Source of the DNA: a bacterium
GTDB taxonomy: Bacteria; Campylobacterota; Campylobacteria; Campylobacterales; Sulfurimonadaceae
Length of the DNA: 64,000 bases
Assembly: GCA_018825665.1 (NCBI GenBank)
Contig: JAHJEG010000040.1
Span: 14,897 to 78,896, forward strand
Direction: 5' to 3'
Part shown: positions 37,893-46,693 of the stretch, piece by piece
Layout of the letters: each line of letters begins with the position of its first letter
Numbering within the stretch: position 1 is the stretch's first letter
Notes under the pieces: generated by a model
Told to the model about the DNA's origin: nothing
The model's input: only the letters and a program-made list of their open reading frames with translations
The model's database searches: none
Position numbers and translations under genes: made by a program

Positions 37893-38489
37893 ATGAGGTT
37901 AGTCTATTTGGGATTTGTGGTTTTTATGTTTTTGGGATGTACAACGAGCATCCCTCCTATAACGGATTATCGCATACAGAGCAAGATTCCGAGTATAGAG
38001 GTGGAATCCAACAGCTGTTCGGAGATATCATTAAAAGTGCAGAGTGCCTTTAGCTCCAATTCAATCATGTCGCAAAATATGAACTATGCGCAGGGCGCGC
38101 ACAAGCAGTATTCGTACACTCAGGCACAATGGTCGGAATCACCAAACCGTGCGATAAGCTCTGAAGTAGTCAAACTCCTAAGGGAGCTTCATTTGTTTAA
38201 AACGATACAGACTTCAAAGTCTATCAGTAAAAACAAGTGGCTTTTGGAGACGAATATAGAAGACTTTATGCAATATTTCAATAAAGATGCCACAAGCTCC
38301 TATGCGAATGTGGTGATGACTCTGAGTATTATAGATTCTATGACGAGCCAGGTAATAGCTACAAAGACTTTCAGTTCAAGAGTGCAGACCGAAAGTTTAA
38401 ATGCACAAGGCGGAGTAAAGGCCTTGAATGAAGCACTTTTTAATGTCCTCTCCCAAAGTGCGGAGTGGTTGAGGGAGGTTTGCAGATGA
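37893..38489 (+). CDS. ABC-transport auxiliary lipoprotein (PqiC/YmbA, DUF330-like)
   Basis: Lipobox VFMFLGC-TTS. Length of about 200 aa and position after an MCE gene match the PqiC-like auxiliary component. Confidence 0.5.
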   Translation: MRLVYLGFVVFMFLGCTTSIPPITDYRIQSKIPSIEVESNSCSEISLKVQSAFSSNSIMSQNMNYAQGAHKQYSYTQAQWSESPNRAISSEVVKLLRELHLFKTIQTSKSISKNKWLLETNIEDFMQYFNKDATSSYANVVMTLSIIDSMTSQVIATKTFSSRVQTESLNAQGGVKALNEALFNVLSQSAEWLREVCR

Positions 38490-39766
38490 TAAACAGAGCG
38501 GAATACGTAGAGCGCAGAAACAAACTTGCAAAAAAGTTGTCTAAGAACTCCGTAAGTGTAGTGCTAAGCGGCGAGCAGAAGATTCGATCAAACGATACGG
38601 AATATCCTTACAGACAAAATAGTGATTTTTATTATTTGACAGGTTTTAAAGAAGACAAGGCAGCCTTGGTCTTTGTAAAGAAAAAAAAGAAGGTTCGAGT
38701 ACTCTTGTTTGTCCAAAAAAAGGATAAAAAACTTGAACTCTGGAACGGAAAGCGACTCGGAGAGATTAAAGCAAAAAAAAGAATCCTTGTCGATGAGGTA
38801 TTCAGCAGCGATCTGTTTGAAGAAAAACTAAAAGAGTTTTTAAAAGATAAGAAAAAAGTTTATTTTGATTTGGATTCAGAAGATGCGAGGGCAAAGAGCC
38901 TTAAAAAACTTTCCAAAGGATTTAGAACGCATGAGAGTATCTCTGCCATAGTGCAAAGAATGAGACTGATAAAATCAAACTCGGAGATAAAGCTTATACA
39001 AAAAGCCATAGACATTACCCAAGAAGCGCACCATAAGGCTATGAGCTTTAAAAAAACAGGCAAAAAAGAGTATGAGCTTCAGGCGAAAATAGAGTATATC
39101 TTTAAAAGCAGCGGAGCTTACAGCGATGCCTACACTTCTATCGTGGCATGTGGAAACTCTGCAAATACCCTGCACTACGTACAGAATAACAAACCGCTTG
39201 TAGAGAATGCGCTTATTCTGATCGATGCCGGGTGCGAGTATGAATATTATGCGAGCGATATAACCAGGACGATACCCGTAACAGGCAGGTTCAGCGAGGC
39301 CCAAAAAGAACTCTACAACATGGTTCTGGATGTTCAGTATGAGATACTGAGGATGATAAAACCGCATGCCAAGCGAAGCCAGCTGCAAAAAAGGTCTGAA
39401 GAATTACTGTGTGAGGGGATGATACGACTTGGGATTTTAAAGGGCAAGTTGAAAAAACTTATAAAAAAACAAGAACATAAAAAATACTATCCGCACGGAA
39501 TAGGGCACTGGATGGGAATCGACGTTCATGACCAAGCACCGTACAAAGATAAAATAGGAAAAGAGATAGCTCTTAAAAAAGGGATGGTCTTAACAATAGA
39601 GCCTGGGATATATATAGATAAAAATGACAAGACTGTTCCAAAAAAATACAGAGGGATAGGAATACGTATAGAAGATGATATTCTTGTCACAAAAAACGGA
39701 TGCAAAAATTTGTCGGCAAAAATTGCCAAGACGGTCAGAGAGATTGAAGCGCTAGGCTCAAGATAG
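38486..39766 (+). CDS. pepP: Xaa-Pro aminopeptidase (M24B)
   Basis: ATG at 38486 (ATGA overlap with the upstream stop). YRQNSDFYYLTGF N-terminal domain. Metal ligand motifs LIDAGCEYEYYASDITRT, HGIGHWMGIDVHD, LTIEPGIY and IRIEDD. Confidence 0.88.
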   Translation: MINRAEYVERRNKLAKKLSKNSVSVVLSGEQKIRSNDTEYPYRQNSDFYYLTGFKEDKAALVFVKKKKKVRVLLFVQKKDKKLELWNGKRLGEIKAKKRILVDEVFSSDLFEEKLKEFLKDKKKVYFDLDSEDARAKSLKKLSKGFRTHESISAIVQRMRLIKSNSEIKLIQKAIDITQEAHHKAMSFKKTGKKEYELQAKIEYIFKSSGAYSDAYTSIVACGNSANTLHYVQNNKPLVENALILIDAGCEYEYYASDITRTIPVTGRFSEAQKELYNMVLDVQYEILRMIKPHAKRSQLQKRSEELLCEGMIRLGILKGKLKKLIKKQEHKKYYPHGIGHWMGIDVHDQAPYKDKIGKEIALKKGMVLTIEPGIYIDKNDKTVPKKYRGIGIRIEDDILVTKNGCKNLSAKIAKTVREIEALGSR

Positions 39767-39875
39767 TAAGCAATCTTTTTTACTCTTGCATAGCTTATGC
39801 CTTGTTACTTTTTGTGTGGTTAGTATTTTATTTTATATAGGAAAATAGAATACTCGATTTTTTTAATCACATTTT

Positions 39876-39884
39876 TGTTATAAT
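39876..39884 (+). promoter_or_regulatory. Extended -10 promoter element TGTTATAAT
   Basis: TGn+TATAAT lies 32 nt upstream of the ATG at 39916, within a 149-nt AT-rich intergenic region. Confidence 0.45.
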
Positions 39885-39915
39885 TTTGAACAAATAATTA
39901 TAAAAAGAGAGTTGT

Positions 39916-40746
39916 ATGCATCTTGGGCGGATTGGAAGTGTTTTTATTTTTTTAATAATAATCGTATTCCAAAGTGCGTGTAGTGATATCTCCGGACAAA
40001 AAGAGATCCGCATTGCTACTAGCCCATGGATTGGTTATTCGCCTCTTATTTATGCCTTTGAAAAAGGGTGGCTTGAAAAAGAAAATATAAAACTAGTCTT
40101 CTCCACATCGCTCCATGAAACAATACATTTTCATCAGGCAGGATTAGTCGACGGATTTACTTCGACACAATTTGATGTCGCTCCCTTAAAGCGTGAGGAA
40201 CTGCTTCTTTTTATGCCGCTGGACCGTTCATATGACGCAGATGTCATACTTTCCAACAAAAGCCTGGATGCGCTTCTTCTTGATGATACCGTCTCTGTGT
40301 ATCTTGAGCTGGAAAGTGTAAACAAACATCTGTTTGATGCGTTCGTAAAAAAATATGATATCAATATTTCAAAATATACTGTATATAATAAAGAACAGAT
40401 TACGCTGAAAAACTTAAAGTCTGATGATGCAAAGACAATGCTCGTAGTAAGCTACGAACCCTATGCCTCTTTACTGCGACATAAGGGATTTGATCAGATC
40501 AGTTCCGCAAAAGATTCCGATACCCTCATTTTAGATGCCCTCTATTTGAATAAAAAAATATACGACAGCGATAAAAACAGACTTGAGAGATTAAAACTGC
40601 TTATTATTCAAGCCTATACAGTTTTTAAAGACGATCCAGATGAGTACTACGGAAGCGTAAAAAAGCATTTTGAAGGACAAAGTAAAGAAGAGTTTATAAA
40701 AAGTGGACAAATGATCGACTGGCTTATAGACGCCAAGGTGAAGTAG
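39916..40746 (+). CDS. Periplasmic solute-binding-protein-like lipoprotein (NMT1/taurine-nitrate SBP-like)
   Basis: Signal peptide with Cys (FQSAC-SD). EIRIATSPWIGYSPLIYAFEKGWLEKENIKLVF resembles NMT1-type binding proteins. No cognate permease or ATPase is adjacent. Confidence 0.5.
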   Translation: MHLGRIGSVFIFLIIIVFQSACSDISGQKEIRIATSPWIGYSPLIYAFEKGWLEKENIKLVFSTSLHETIHFHQAGLVDGFTSTQFDVAPLKREELLLFMPLDRSYDADVILSNKSLDALLLDDTVSVYLELESVNKHLFDAFVKKYDINISKYTVYNKEQITLKNLKSDDAKTMLVVSYEPYASLLRHKGFDQISSAKDSDTLILDALYLNKKIYDSDKNRLERLKLLIIQAYTVFKDDPDEYYGSVKKHFEGQSKEEFIKSGQMIDWLIDAKVK

Positions 40747-43430
40747 TGGTTTCTTTAAGACAAATCCAAGTATATATATTGATTATTATTTCTTTGACCG
40801 TCAGTTATGCCTTTTATTTCTTCTACAGCCATACAAAAATTGATTATCAGGACGATTTGGCGCTCAGCATCAAAGGGGATTTGCTTGAGTTGGGATATAC
40901 CCTCTCAAAAGTTCTTGAGCAGGATGAGTTTTCAAGCAGCTTGAATATTTTGTACAGAAGTGTCGTCACGCATAAGACATATGCGTCCCTTACGCTTCAA
41001 AGCAAAGAGCAGATTGTCTCAACGTCCAAGGATCTACCGCTCTTGCTGAAGAAAAAAAGTTTACATATGGATAAGCTCAACGGCGATGCTTTGCATGATG
41101 ATGTTTTGGTAGAACATAGCTTCTCCTATTTTACAGGAAGTGAAAAACGCACTTTTATCCTAAAAGCAGACCTTGATAATATTTTTCTCAGACAGATTGA
41201 AAATAAGCAGCTTGAACGTATTCAGATAATTGTTTTATTCTTTGTAGCTCTTATGATAGTGCTTCTTAGCGTGTTCTATATAACGATACTGCGTCCTTTG
41301 AGAGCAATAAATGAAAATATCGATTTAAATCCTATGCAGATACCTGAGTTTAAGATTCGGGAGTTTTCGCTCCTAAGAAACAGTTTCATAAGCAAATACA
41401 AAGAGGTACTTAAGCTAAATACGGAACTCGATAGCATTGTACGGCAAAGAACAGCCAAGCTGGAACATATTAACAAAATATTTAACGAAGCACAGGAGCT
41501 TACACATCTGGGCAGCTGGGAGTGGGATATCAAAAACGACAAGATTCTATGGTCTGATGAGATATACCGTATTTTTGGACTCAAACCACAAGCCTTCGCA
41601 GCTACCTTCGCTGCCTTTTTAAATATGGTGCACAAGGATGATCGTGCAATGCTTCAGGATGCTGTGCAGCATACTCTTGAGACAGGTGAAAAGTATGCTG
41701 TTTTACATCGTATCATTCTGCCCGACGGAAGTCAAAAAATTGTAAAAGAACGGGGCGGGATTGAAAAAGACAGCAACAATATCGCTGTTCGCATGGTCGG
41801 CACTGTTCATGATGTGACAGAGGCTGAGAAAAACAAAACCGAACTCCTGCTGCAATCCGAAATCCTTAAATCACTCTCAGATTCCGTATTTGTACATGAG
41901 CTGGGGGGCAAGTTTATCTATGTAAACGATAGAGCATATAAAAGCCGCGGATTTACGAGAGATGAACTGATGAATATGGGTGTCTCAGAACTTGATTCTC
42001 CTTATCATACAAGACCCGAATCTCAGAATAAACGTATTCAAAATATTAAAAAACAACTTGATGAATCCGGGTATGCTGTTTTTGAAGTGGAGCACAGAAT
42101 AAAAAATAAGGGCTATATGCCTGTCGAAATTATGTCGAGACGTATTACTATAGATAAAAAAGACTTATTTATCAGTATCGCACGGGATATAAGCGAGAGA
42201 AAAAGGGCATCCGAAGCACTTATCGCCTCTGAAAAACTTTATAAAAGACTGGTTGAAAATACCTCGGTCGGTGTTTTTGAAACTGATATCGCAGGCGGTA
42301 TCTTTTATGTCAACCAATATTTGACAGATTTAATGGAGTATGAAAATCAAGAAGAGTTGCTTAGACATAAAAGTGTATTTTTTTACAAGAATCCACAAGA
42401 GTATAATATGTTGATGTCAGAATTAAGAGCGAATAATCAAGTAAACAATTATGAGATTGAGGTCATTACAAAAAAACATCATATAAAGACCCTTTCACTC
42501 TCTGCAAGTCTGCATCATAATCGCTTGAGCGGTATCATTATAGATATTTCGGAAAAGAAAAAAGATCAAACAGAGATCATAAAGCTTTCACAAGCTTTGG
42601 AGCAAATTGACGACACTGTCGCTATCACGAATCGCGCGGGAACTATAAGCTATGTCAACCGCTCGTTCAGCGTACATACAGGGTATGAAAAAGAGGAGAT
42701 TATAGGCAAAAACGCGAGTGTTTTAAAATCAGGCAAACACGATAAAAGCTTTTATAAAAAAATGTGGAGTGTAATCCTAAGTGGGGAAGTCTATAGAAAT
42801 CAGGTGATAAACCGCAAAAAAGACGGTGAGATATACTATGAGCAAAAAACAATAACTCCGGTAAAAGATGAAGATAATAAAATAATTTATTTTGTGTCAA
42901 CAGGAAAAGATATTACGGATTCAATTGAGATGTCTCAAAAATTACAACTGATGGCTACGACGGACAGATTGACCGGCGCATACAACCGACACCGTTTTGA
43001 AGAGCTTTTTATGGATGAGCTTGCCCGCACAAAGAGATACAATCGACCTCTTTCTCTTATCATGTTTGATATTGATCATTTTAAAATGATAAACGATTCG
43101 TATGGACATGACGTGGGCGACAAAGTACTAAGAGATATAAGTACGCTTAGTAAAAGTGAAATCAGAAGTCATGATATATTTGCCAGATGGGGAGGGGAGG
43201 AATTTTTGATTTTATGCCCAGAAACCAATGTTGAAAACAGTTGTAAGCTGGCAGAAAAATTAAGATTCCAAATTGAGACCTACGCTTTTGAAAATATTCC
43301 AAAAGTGACTGCAAGTTTCGGAGTAACACAATTAAGACCCGAAGAGACGATTGAAAGTATACTCAAAAGGGTTGATGAGGCACTCTATCAGGCCAAAGAG
43401 AAGGGAAGAAACAAAATAGAGTCTCTTTAG
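40746..43430 (+). CDS. Membrane sensor diguanylate cyclase (periplasmic domain, multiple PAS/PAC, GGDEF)
   Basis: GTG start sharing 1 nt with the upstream stop (TAGTG). Two TM helices bracket a domain of about 140 aa. At least three PAS/PAC modules. GGDEF domain: FDIDHFKMINDSYGHDVGD ... RWGGEEFLIL ... ALYQAKEKGRNK. Confidence 0.88.
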   Translation: MVSLRQIQVYILIIISLTVSYAFYFFYSHTKIDYQDDLALSIKGDLLELGYTLSKVLEQDEFSSSLNILYRSVVTHKTYASLTLQSKEQIVSTSKDLPLLLKKKSLHMDKLNGDALHDDVLVEHSFSYFTGSEKRTFILKADLDNIFLRQIENKQLERIQIIVLFFVALMIVLLSVFYITILRPLRAINENIDLNPMQIPEFKIREFSLLRNSFISKYKEVLKLNTELDSIVRQRTAKLEHINKIFNEAQELTHLGSWEWDIKNDKILWSDEIYRIFGLKPQAFAATFAAFLNMVHKDDRAMLQDAVQHTLETGEKYAVLHRIILPDGSQKIVKERGGIEKDSNNIAVRMVGTVHDVTEAEKNKTELLLQSEILKSLSDSVFVHELGGKFIYVNDRAYKSRGFTRDELMNMGVSELDSPYHTRPESQNKRIQNIKKQLDESGYAVFEVEHRIKNKGYMPVEIMSRRITIDKKDLFISIARDISERKRASEALIASEKLYKRLVENTSVGVFETDIAGGIFYVNQYLTDLMEYENQEELLRHKSVFFYKNPQEYNMLMSELRANNQVNNYEIEVITKKHHIKTLSLSASLHHNRLSGIIIDISEKKKDQTEIIKLSQALEQIDDTVAITNRAGTISYVNRSFSVHTGYEKEEIIGKNASVLKSGKHDKSFYKKMWSVILSGEVYRNQVINRKKDGEIYYEQKTITPVKDEDNKIIYFVSTGKDITDSIEMSQKLQLMATTDRLTGAYNRHRFEELFMDELARTKRYNRPLSLIMFDIDHFKMINDSYGHDVGDKVLRDISTLSKSEIRSHDIFARWGGEEFLILCPETNVENSCKLAEKLRFQIETYAFENIPKVTASFGVTQLRPEETIESILKRVDEALYQAKEKGRNKIESL

Positions 43431-43445
43431 CTTGATATTTGAATA

Positions 43446-44138
43446 TTATTTGTAGGCTTTTACGATTACGCCTCTTAGCCCATGCGTTGATGTCAGTTTG
43501 TAGTTTGTATTATATGTGCGTGCTTTTTGTTTGGTATGGGCTTGTATAATCCAGCTTGCCTCAATGGTTCTGCGCTTGGCAAGCCCTGTTTCGCTAAACA
43601 TCCTCATAAGCTCAATCTTGCCTTTACTCGTATCCAAACGCTCATATAGAGATGTATCGCTTTGAAGGTTTTTAAAGAGCTTGAAGTCTGTAGTGTCTAC
43701 AATACCCGTAATCTCAAAGAACTTTGCATCCTTATGCTTATCAACATAAGCGATGATATCCTTTTTGCAGCTATTGCTGATGATATAACTTCCTATCTCC
43801 ATGTCATAACATTTTGCAAAATCTTTTGAGACTGCCGTTTCTTTGCTGGTAATTGGGGTATCTTCGCCTTGAATCTCATTGATCGTCCGGTCAATTTCTT
43901 GTTTTTCATCAGACAGAGTGCTCAGAGCAGTGGAAAGATTTTCTTCTTCATTTTTAAGAGTATAGTTTTTTTTGTTGATGTTTGGCAGGTTTTCAAACTT
44001 TTCGGTTTGCGGGGTTTGTTGCGTGGCAGGGGTCTCTCTTTTTTCATCGGATAAGTTAAAAAAAAGAGAGACCAACAAGCCAACGCCTAAGACAGCGTAC
44101 GCTATATAATGTATCTTGCCTATTCCTCTATCGTGCAT
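43446..44138 (-). CDS. Membrane-anchored hypothetical protein
   Basis: The ORF track starts at a GTG (44144). The ATG at 44138 has an AAGGAG Shine-Dalgarno 5 nt upstream. One TM helix and a Thr/Gln/Glu-rich linker. C-terminal domain with faint OmpA-C-like traits (GLAKRRTIEASWIIQ). Confidence 0.45.
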   Translation of the reverse strand: MHDRGIGKIHYIAYAVLGVGLLVSLFFNLSDEKRETPATQQTPQTEKFENLPNINKKNYTLKNEEENLSTALSTLSDEKQEIDRTINEIQGEDTPITSKETAVSKDFAKCYDMEIGSYIISNSCKKDIIAYVDKHKDAKFFEITGIVDTTDFKLFKNLQSDTSLYERLDTSKGKIELMRMFSETGLAKRRTIEASWIIQAHTKQKARTYNTNYKLTSTHGLRGVIVKAYK

Positions 44139-44183
44139 ACTCACTCCTTATGACAATATAGAGAAATTATACCTTAATGAGGA

Positions 44184-44615
44184 CTAATTAGTGTAGCTGT
44201 AGCTCCATCCGCTTAAATTGTCATCTTTTGCTTCACTGAAATTCTCAGAATCTGCTAAAAAGTCCATCACAAACATCACTGTATAGGGAATAGTGGATTG
44301 GTCCTGGGGTTTTACAAGAAGCATCGGCATATGAGTGTCCTGCGTACCTGAACCAAAACCTACAGGCATTAACTGACTCATAAGTTCCGCCGGCTTTTGT
44401 ATTTGGTTGTCATCTAAAAATTTATCCAAAATTGCTTTTTGGATATCTTGGGGAAGGTCGTCAGATGTATTTAAAAAGAGAGTAAAGTGTATCGGAGTGT
44501 CTGAAAAATGCTCAGGAGCAGGAGCTGCCATAATTATATATTCCACATTTTCCAGATGTTTTTGTATCTCAACTGTACTTAAATATTTTTCTGTTTTTAT
44601 CGCTTGAGCTTGCAT
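44184..44615 (-). CDS. Acidic cytoplasmic hypothetical protein (143 aa), distal nap operon
   Basis: Starts 6 nt after the stop of the preceding ORF. No signal peptide and no recognisable motif. Confidence 0.45.
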   Translation of the reverse strand: MQAQAIKTEKYLSTVEIQKHLENVEYIIMAAPAPEHFSDTPIHFTLFLNTSDDLPQDIQKAILDKFLDDNQIQKPAELMSQLMPVGFGSGTQDTHMPMLLVKPQDQSTIPYTVMFVMDFLADSENFSEAKDDNLSGWSYSYTN

Positions 44616-44621
44616 ATAATG

Positions 44622-44891
44622 TTATTTTTCCTTATTTTTTTCTATATCCTCTTGATGTCTTGCCATTTCAAGTCTAATCTCATCCATGATATGGGGAGGG
44701 ACGTTTTCGTCCTTTTTCCATTGCACTTCATCGATGTGACCTCCATAATCAGCGCCAAAATCTTCCACTTTGGTAGAGAATTCGTCTAAATCCTGGCAAC
44801 TTGCAACTCTGTCTACAACCGTATCCCTAAGTTCAATAAACCATTCAGAATTATCATTAATCCTAATCTGTGCTTCAAATATAACGCTCAT
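44622..44891 (-). CDS. Acidic cytoplasmic hypothetical protein (89 aa), translationally coupled to napD
   Basis: The ATG shares one nucleotide with the napD stop (TAATG). No signal peptide and no recognisable motif. Confidence 0.45.
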   Translation of the reverse strand: MSVIFEAQIRINDNSEWFIELRDTVVDRVASCQDLDEFSTKVEDFGADYGGHIDEVQWKKDENVPPHIMDEIRLEMARHQEDIEKNKEK

Positions 44892-45277
44892 TACTTCCCT
44901 TTGTCATCAAATGTTTTGGCAAAACCTTCAAGGTCTTTCTTTTTCAAGTCACCATTATACACTATGTCTTTTGGATCAAGAGTATCATCGTTTAACATTT
45001 TTGGCACTACGTCGGCATTGTTGATAACTTCCATATGTGCATCGAGCTCATCTTCGCTGTATGCCATTTGCATATCTGCGGCGATGACATGGGGTAATTC
45101 CTCTATTACTCTAAGCTTTGTAAGCTCTTCAGATACGCTTTCGCCTTCAATAGTAACAATTATTCTGCCTTTTTCATCATTGAAATGATAGTCACACACT
45201 TCACACTCTTTGAGGCTTTTTACAACTTCATCCAGATATTTTGGTACGGTTTGAACTACAATACTTGAGATATTCAT
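44891..45277 (-). CDS. napD: NapD-like NapA assembly chaperone (with C-terminal extension)
   Basis: MNISSIVVQTVPKYLDEVVKSLKECEVCDY ... GRIIVTIEGESVSEELTKLRVIEELPHVIAADMQMAY follows the NapD ferredoxin-like fold pattern. Lies in the nap operon. At 128 aa it is about 40 aa longer than E. coli NapD. Confidence 0.75.
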   Translation of the reverse strand: MNISSIVVQTVPKYLDEVVKSLKECEVCDYHFNDEKGRIIVTIEGESVSEELTKLRVIEELPHVIAADMQMAYSEDELDAHMEVINNADVVPKMLNDDTLDPKDIVYNGDLKKKDLEGFAKTFDDKGK

Positions 45278-45289
45278 TTTTAATTCCTT

Positions 45290-45733
45290 TTATTGATAGA
45301 TAATTTTTCTGATTTTTTCGCCATTTTCAAGACGCATTTTATCGTATAGTTTTTGATACTTTTGTTTGGTTTCAAAACTTACGGGAGTTCTTAAAGATTT
45401 GTATTCTACTAAAATTCCATCTTTATACACTCCCGAGACAATGGCATGAACCCAGTAAAAACCTTTGTCTTTACGAAGGTTTTTAACAGTACCGCTCCAT
45501 TGTTTTTCAGATTGTATCGTCTCCCACAAATCTTGAAATACAACAGCCGGCATATCAGGATGCCTGACAACATTATGCGGTTTACCGATCAGCTCTTCGG
45601 GCTTGTACCCGCTGATCTCACAAAATGTTTCATTGACGTAGGTAATTATTCCATTTAAATCAGTTCTTGAAATGATAAGTTCATGTTCTGGAACAATAGT
45701 TTCTATTAAAAATTCGCTTTCATTGTATTCCAT
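45290..45733 (-). CDS. Stand-alone Aer-type (FAD-binding type) PAS domain protein
   Basis: Aligns by eye with the E. coli Aer N-terminus: SRTDLNGIITYVNETFCEISGYKPEELIGKPHNVVRHPDMPAVVFQDLWETIQSEKQWSGTVKNLRKDKGFYWVHA. AGAGGTG Shine-Dalgarno. 9 nt after the napL stop and 12 nt before the napD start. Confidence 0.85.
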   Translation of the reverse strand: MEYNESEFLIETIVPEHELIISRTDLNGIITYVNETFCEISGYKPEELIGKPHNVVRHPDMPAVVFQDLWETIQSEKQWSGTVKNLRKDKGFYWVHAIVSGVYKDGILVEYKSLRTPVSFETKQKYQKLYDKMRLENGEKIRKIIYQ

Positions 45734-45742
45734 TGTACACCT

Positions 45743-46693
45743 CTATTTAATCTTGTATAAGTTGATGATATTATCATCACTTGAAGCTAAAAACTCATTT
45801 TCGTTTAAAAATAAAATATTTGTGAGTGTCATATTGTTCCCTCCAAACACTCCTATATTGCTTTGTGTGCTTGTATTAAAGAGGGTGATATTGTTATTCT
45901 CGTCACTGGAGTATGCAACTATTTTTCCGCTTGGAGACAATCCTACGCTGTAGATTAGAAAAGAAGCTGTTTTATAATAGGCGGAGCCGTATTTCATCTC
46001 ATAGATGACCACTCTTCTATCTTGTCCCGCGGTTGCGATAACAGAATTTTTATAATCAACCTGAAAAACATTGTCGAGATTTTGTCCTCTGAGAGCTTTT
46101 ATAAAAGAGCCGTCTTTTGTTTTATGTATTTTTAGATCCCCACTCTCATCGGCTATTACAACTTCATCTTTTTTTTCATTTAAGACAAAATTGGAGAACT
46201 TGGACTGAGAAATTTGAACTCTATAATTTTGCTTTTTCTTTGAAATATCATAAGAGATTATTTCATTGCTTAAGAGTGCCAAAAGTATTGTATTCTCATC
46301 CAAAAACCTTGCTTTGGAAATAGACAGTTTTTGAGAATCGGGTATAAGAAGTTCTGTTGTATCGTTGCTATGGATATGAACTCTTGTAAACCCTTTGGCC
46401 GCTTGTGAGAGTATAAGTGTTTTGTCTTCTATCACATCTACGGAATAGACCTTGGAATCAATCTTATCACCGATAAAGTCAGTGATCTTATCTACCTTGA
46501 TTTGTTTGACTAAGGTTTGGGTGCCAAGGTCAAAGATATCGACACAGCCGGCATTTGTTGCACTGTAAAGCTTGTTATCCCGATAAACGATATCAACTAC
46601 GCCGCCGCTGGATTTAAACTGTGCTGCAGGTTCTTGTATCTTTGCAGAAAAAAGCAGACTTGACAACAAAACCAGTAATAAAAAAAACTTCAT
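45743..46693 (-). CDS. napL: NapL-like periplasmic beta-propeller protein
   Basis: Start at the ATG at 46693 (MKFFLLLVLLSSLLFSA signal peptide), in an ATGA overlap with the napF stop. Repetitive beta-strand (WD40/propeller-like) pattern. Its position after napF is as in the epsilonproteobacterial napAGHBFLD order. Confidence 0.65.
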   Translation of the reverse strand: MKFFLLLVLLSSLLFSAKIQEPAAQFKSSGGVVDIVYRDNKLYSATNAGCVDIFDLGTQTLVKQIKVDKITDFIGDKIDSKVYSVDVIEDKTLILSQAAKGFTRVHIHSNDTTELLIPDSQKLSISKARFLDENTILLALLSNEIISYDISKKKQNYRVQISQSKFSNFVLNEKKDEVVIADESGDLKIHKTKDGSFIKALRGQNLDNVFQVDYKNSVIATAGQDRRVVIYEMKYGSAYYKTASFLIYSVGLSPSGKIVAYSSDENNNITLFNTSTQSNIGVFGGNNMTLTNILFLNENEFLASSDDNIINLYKIK

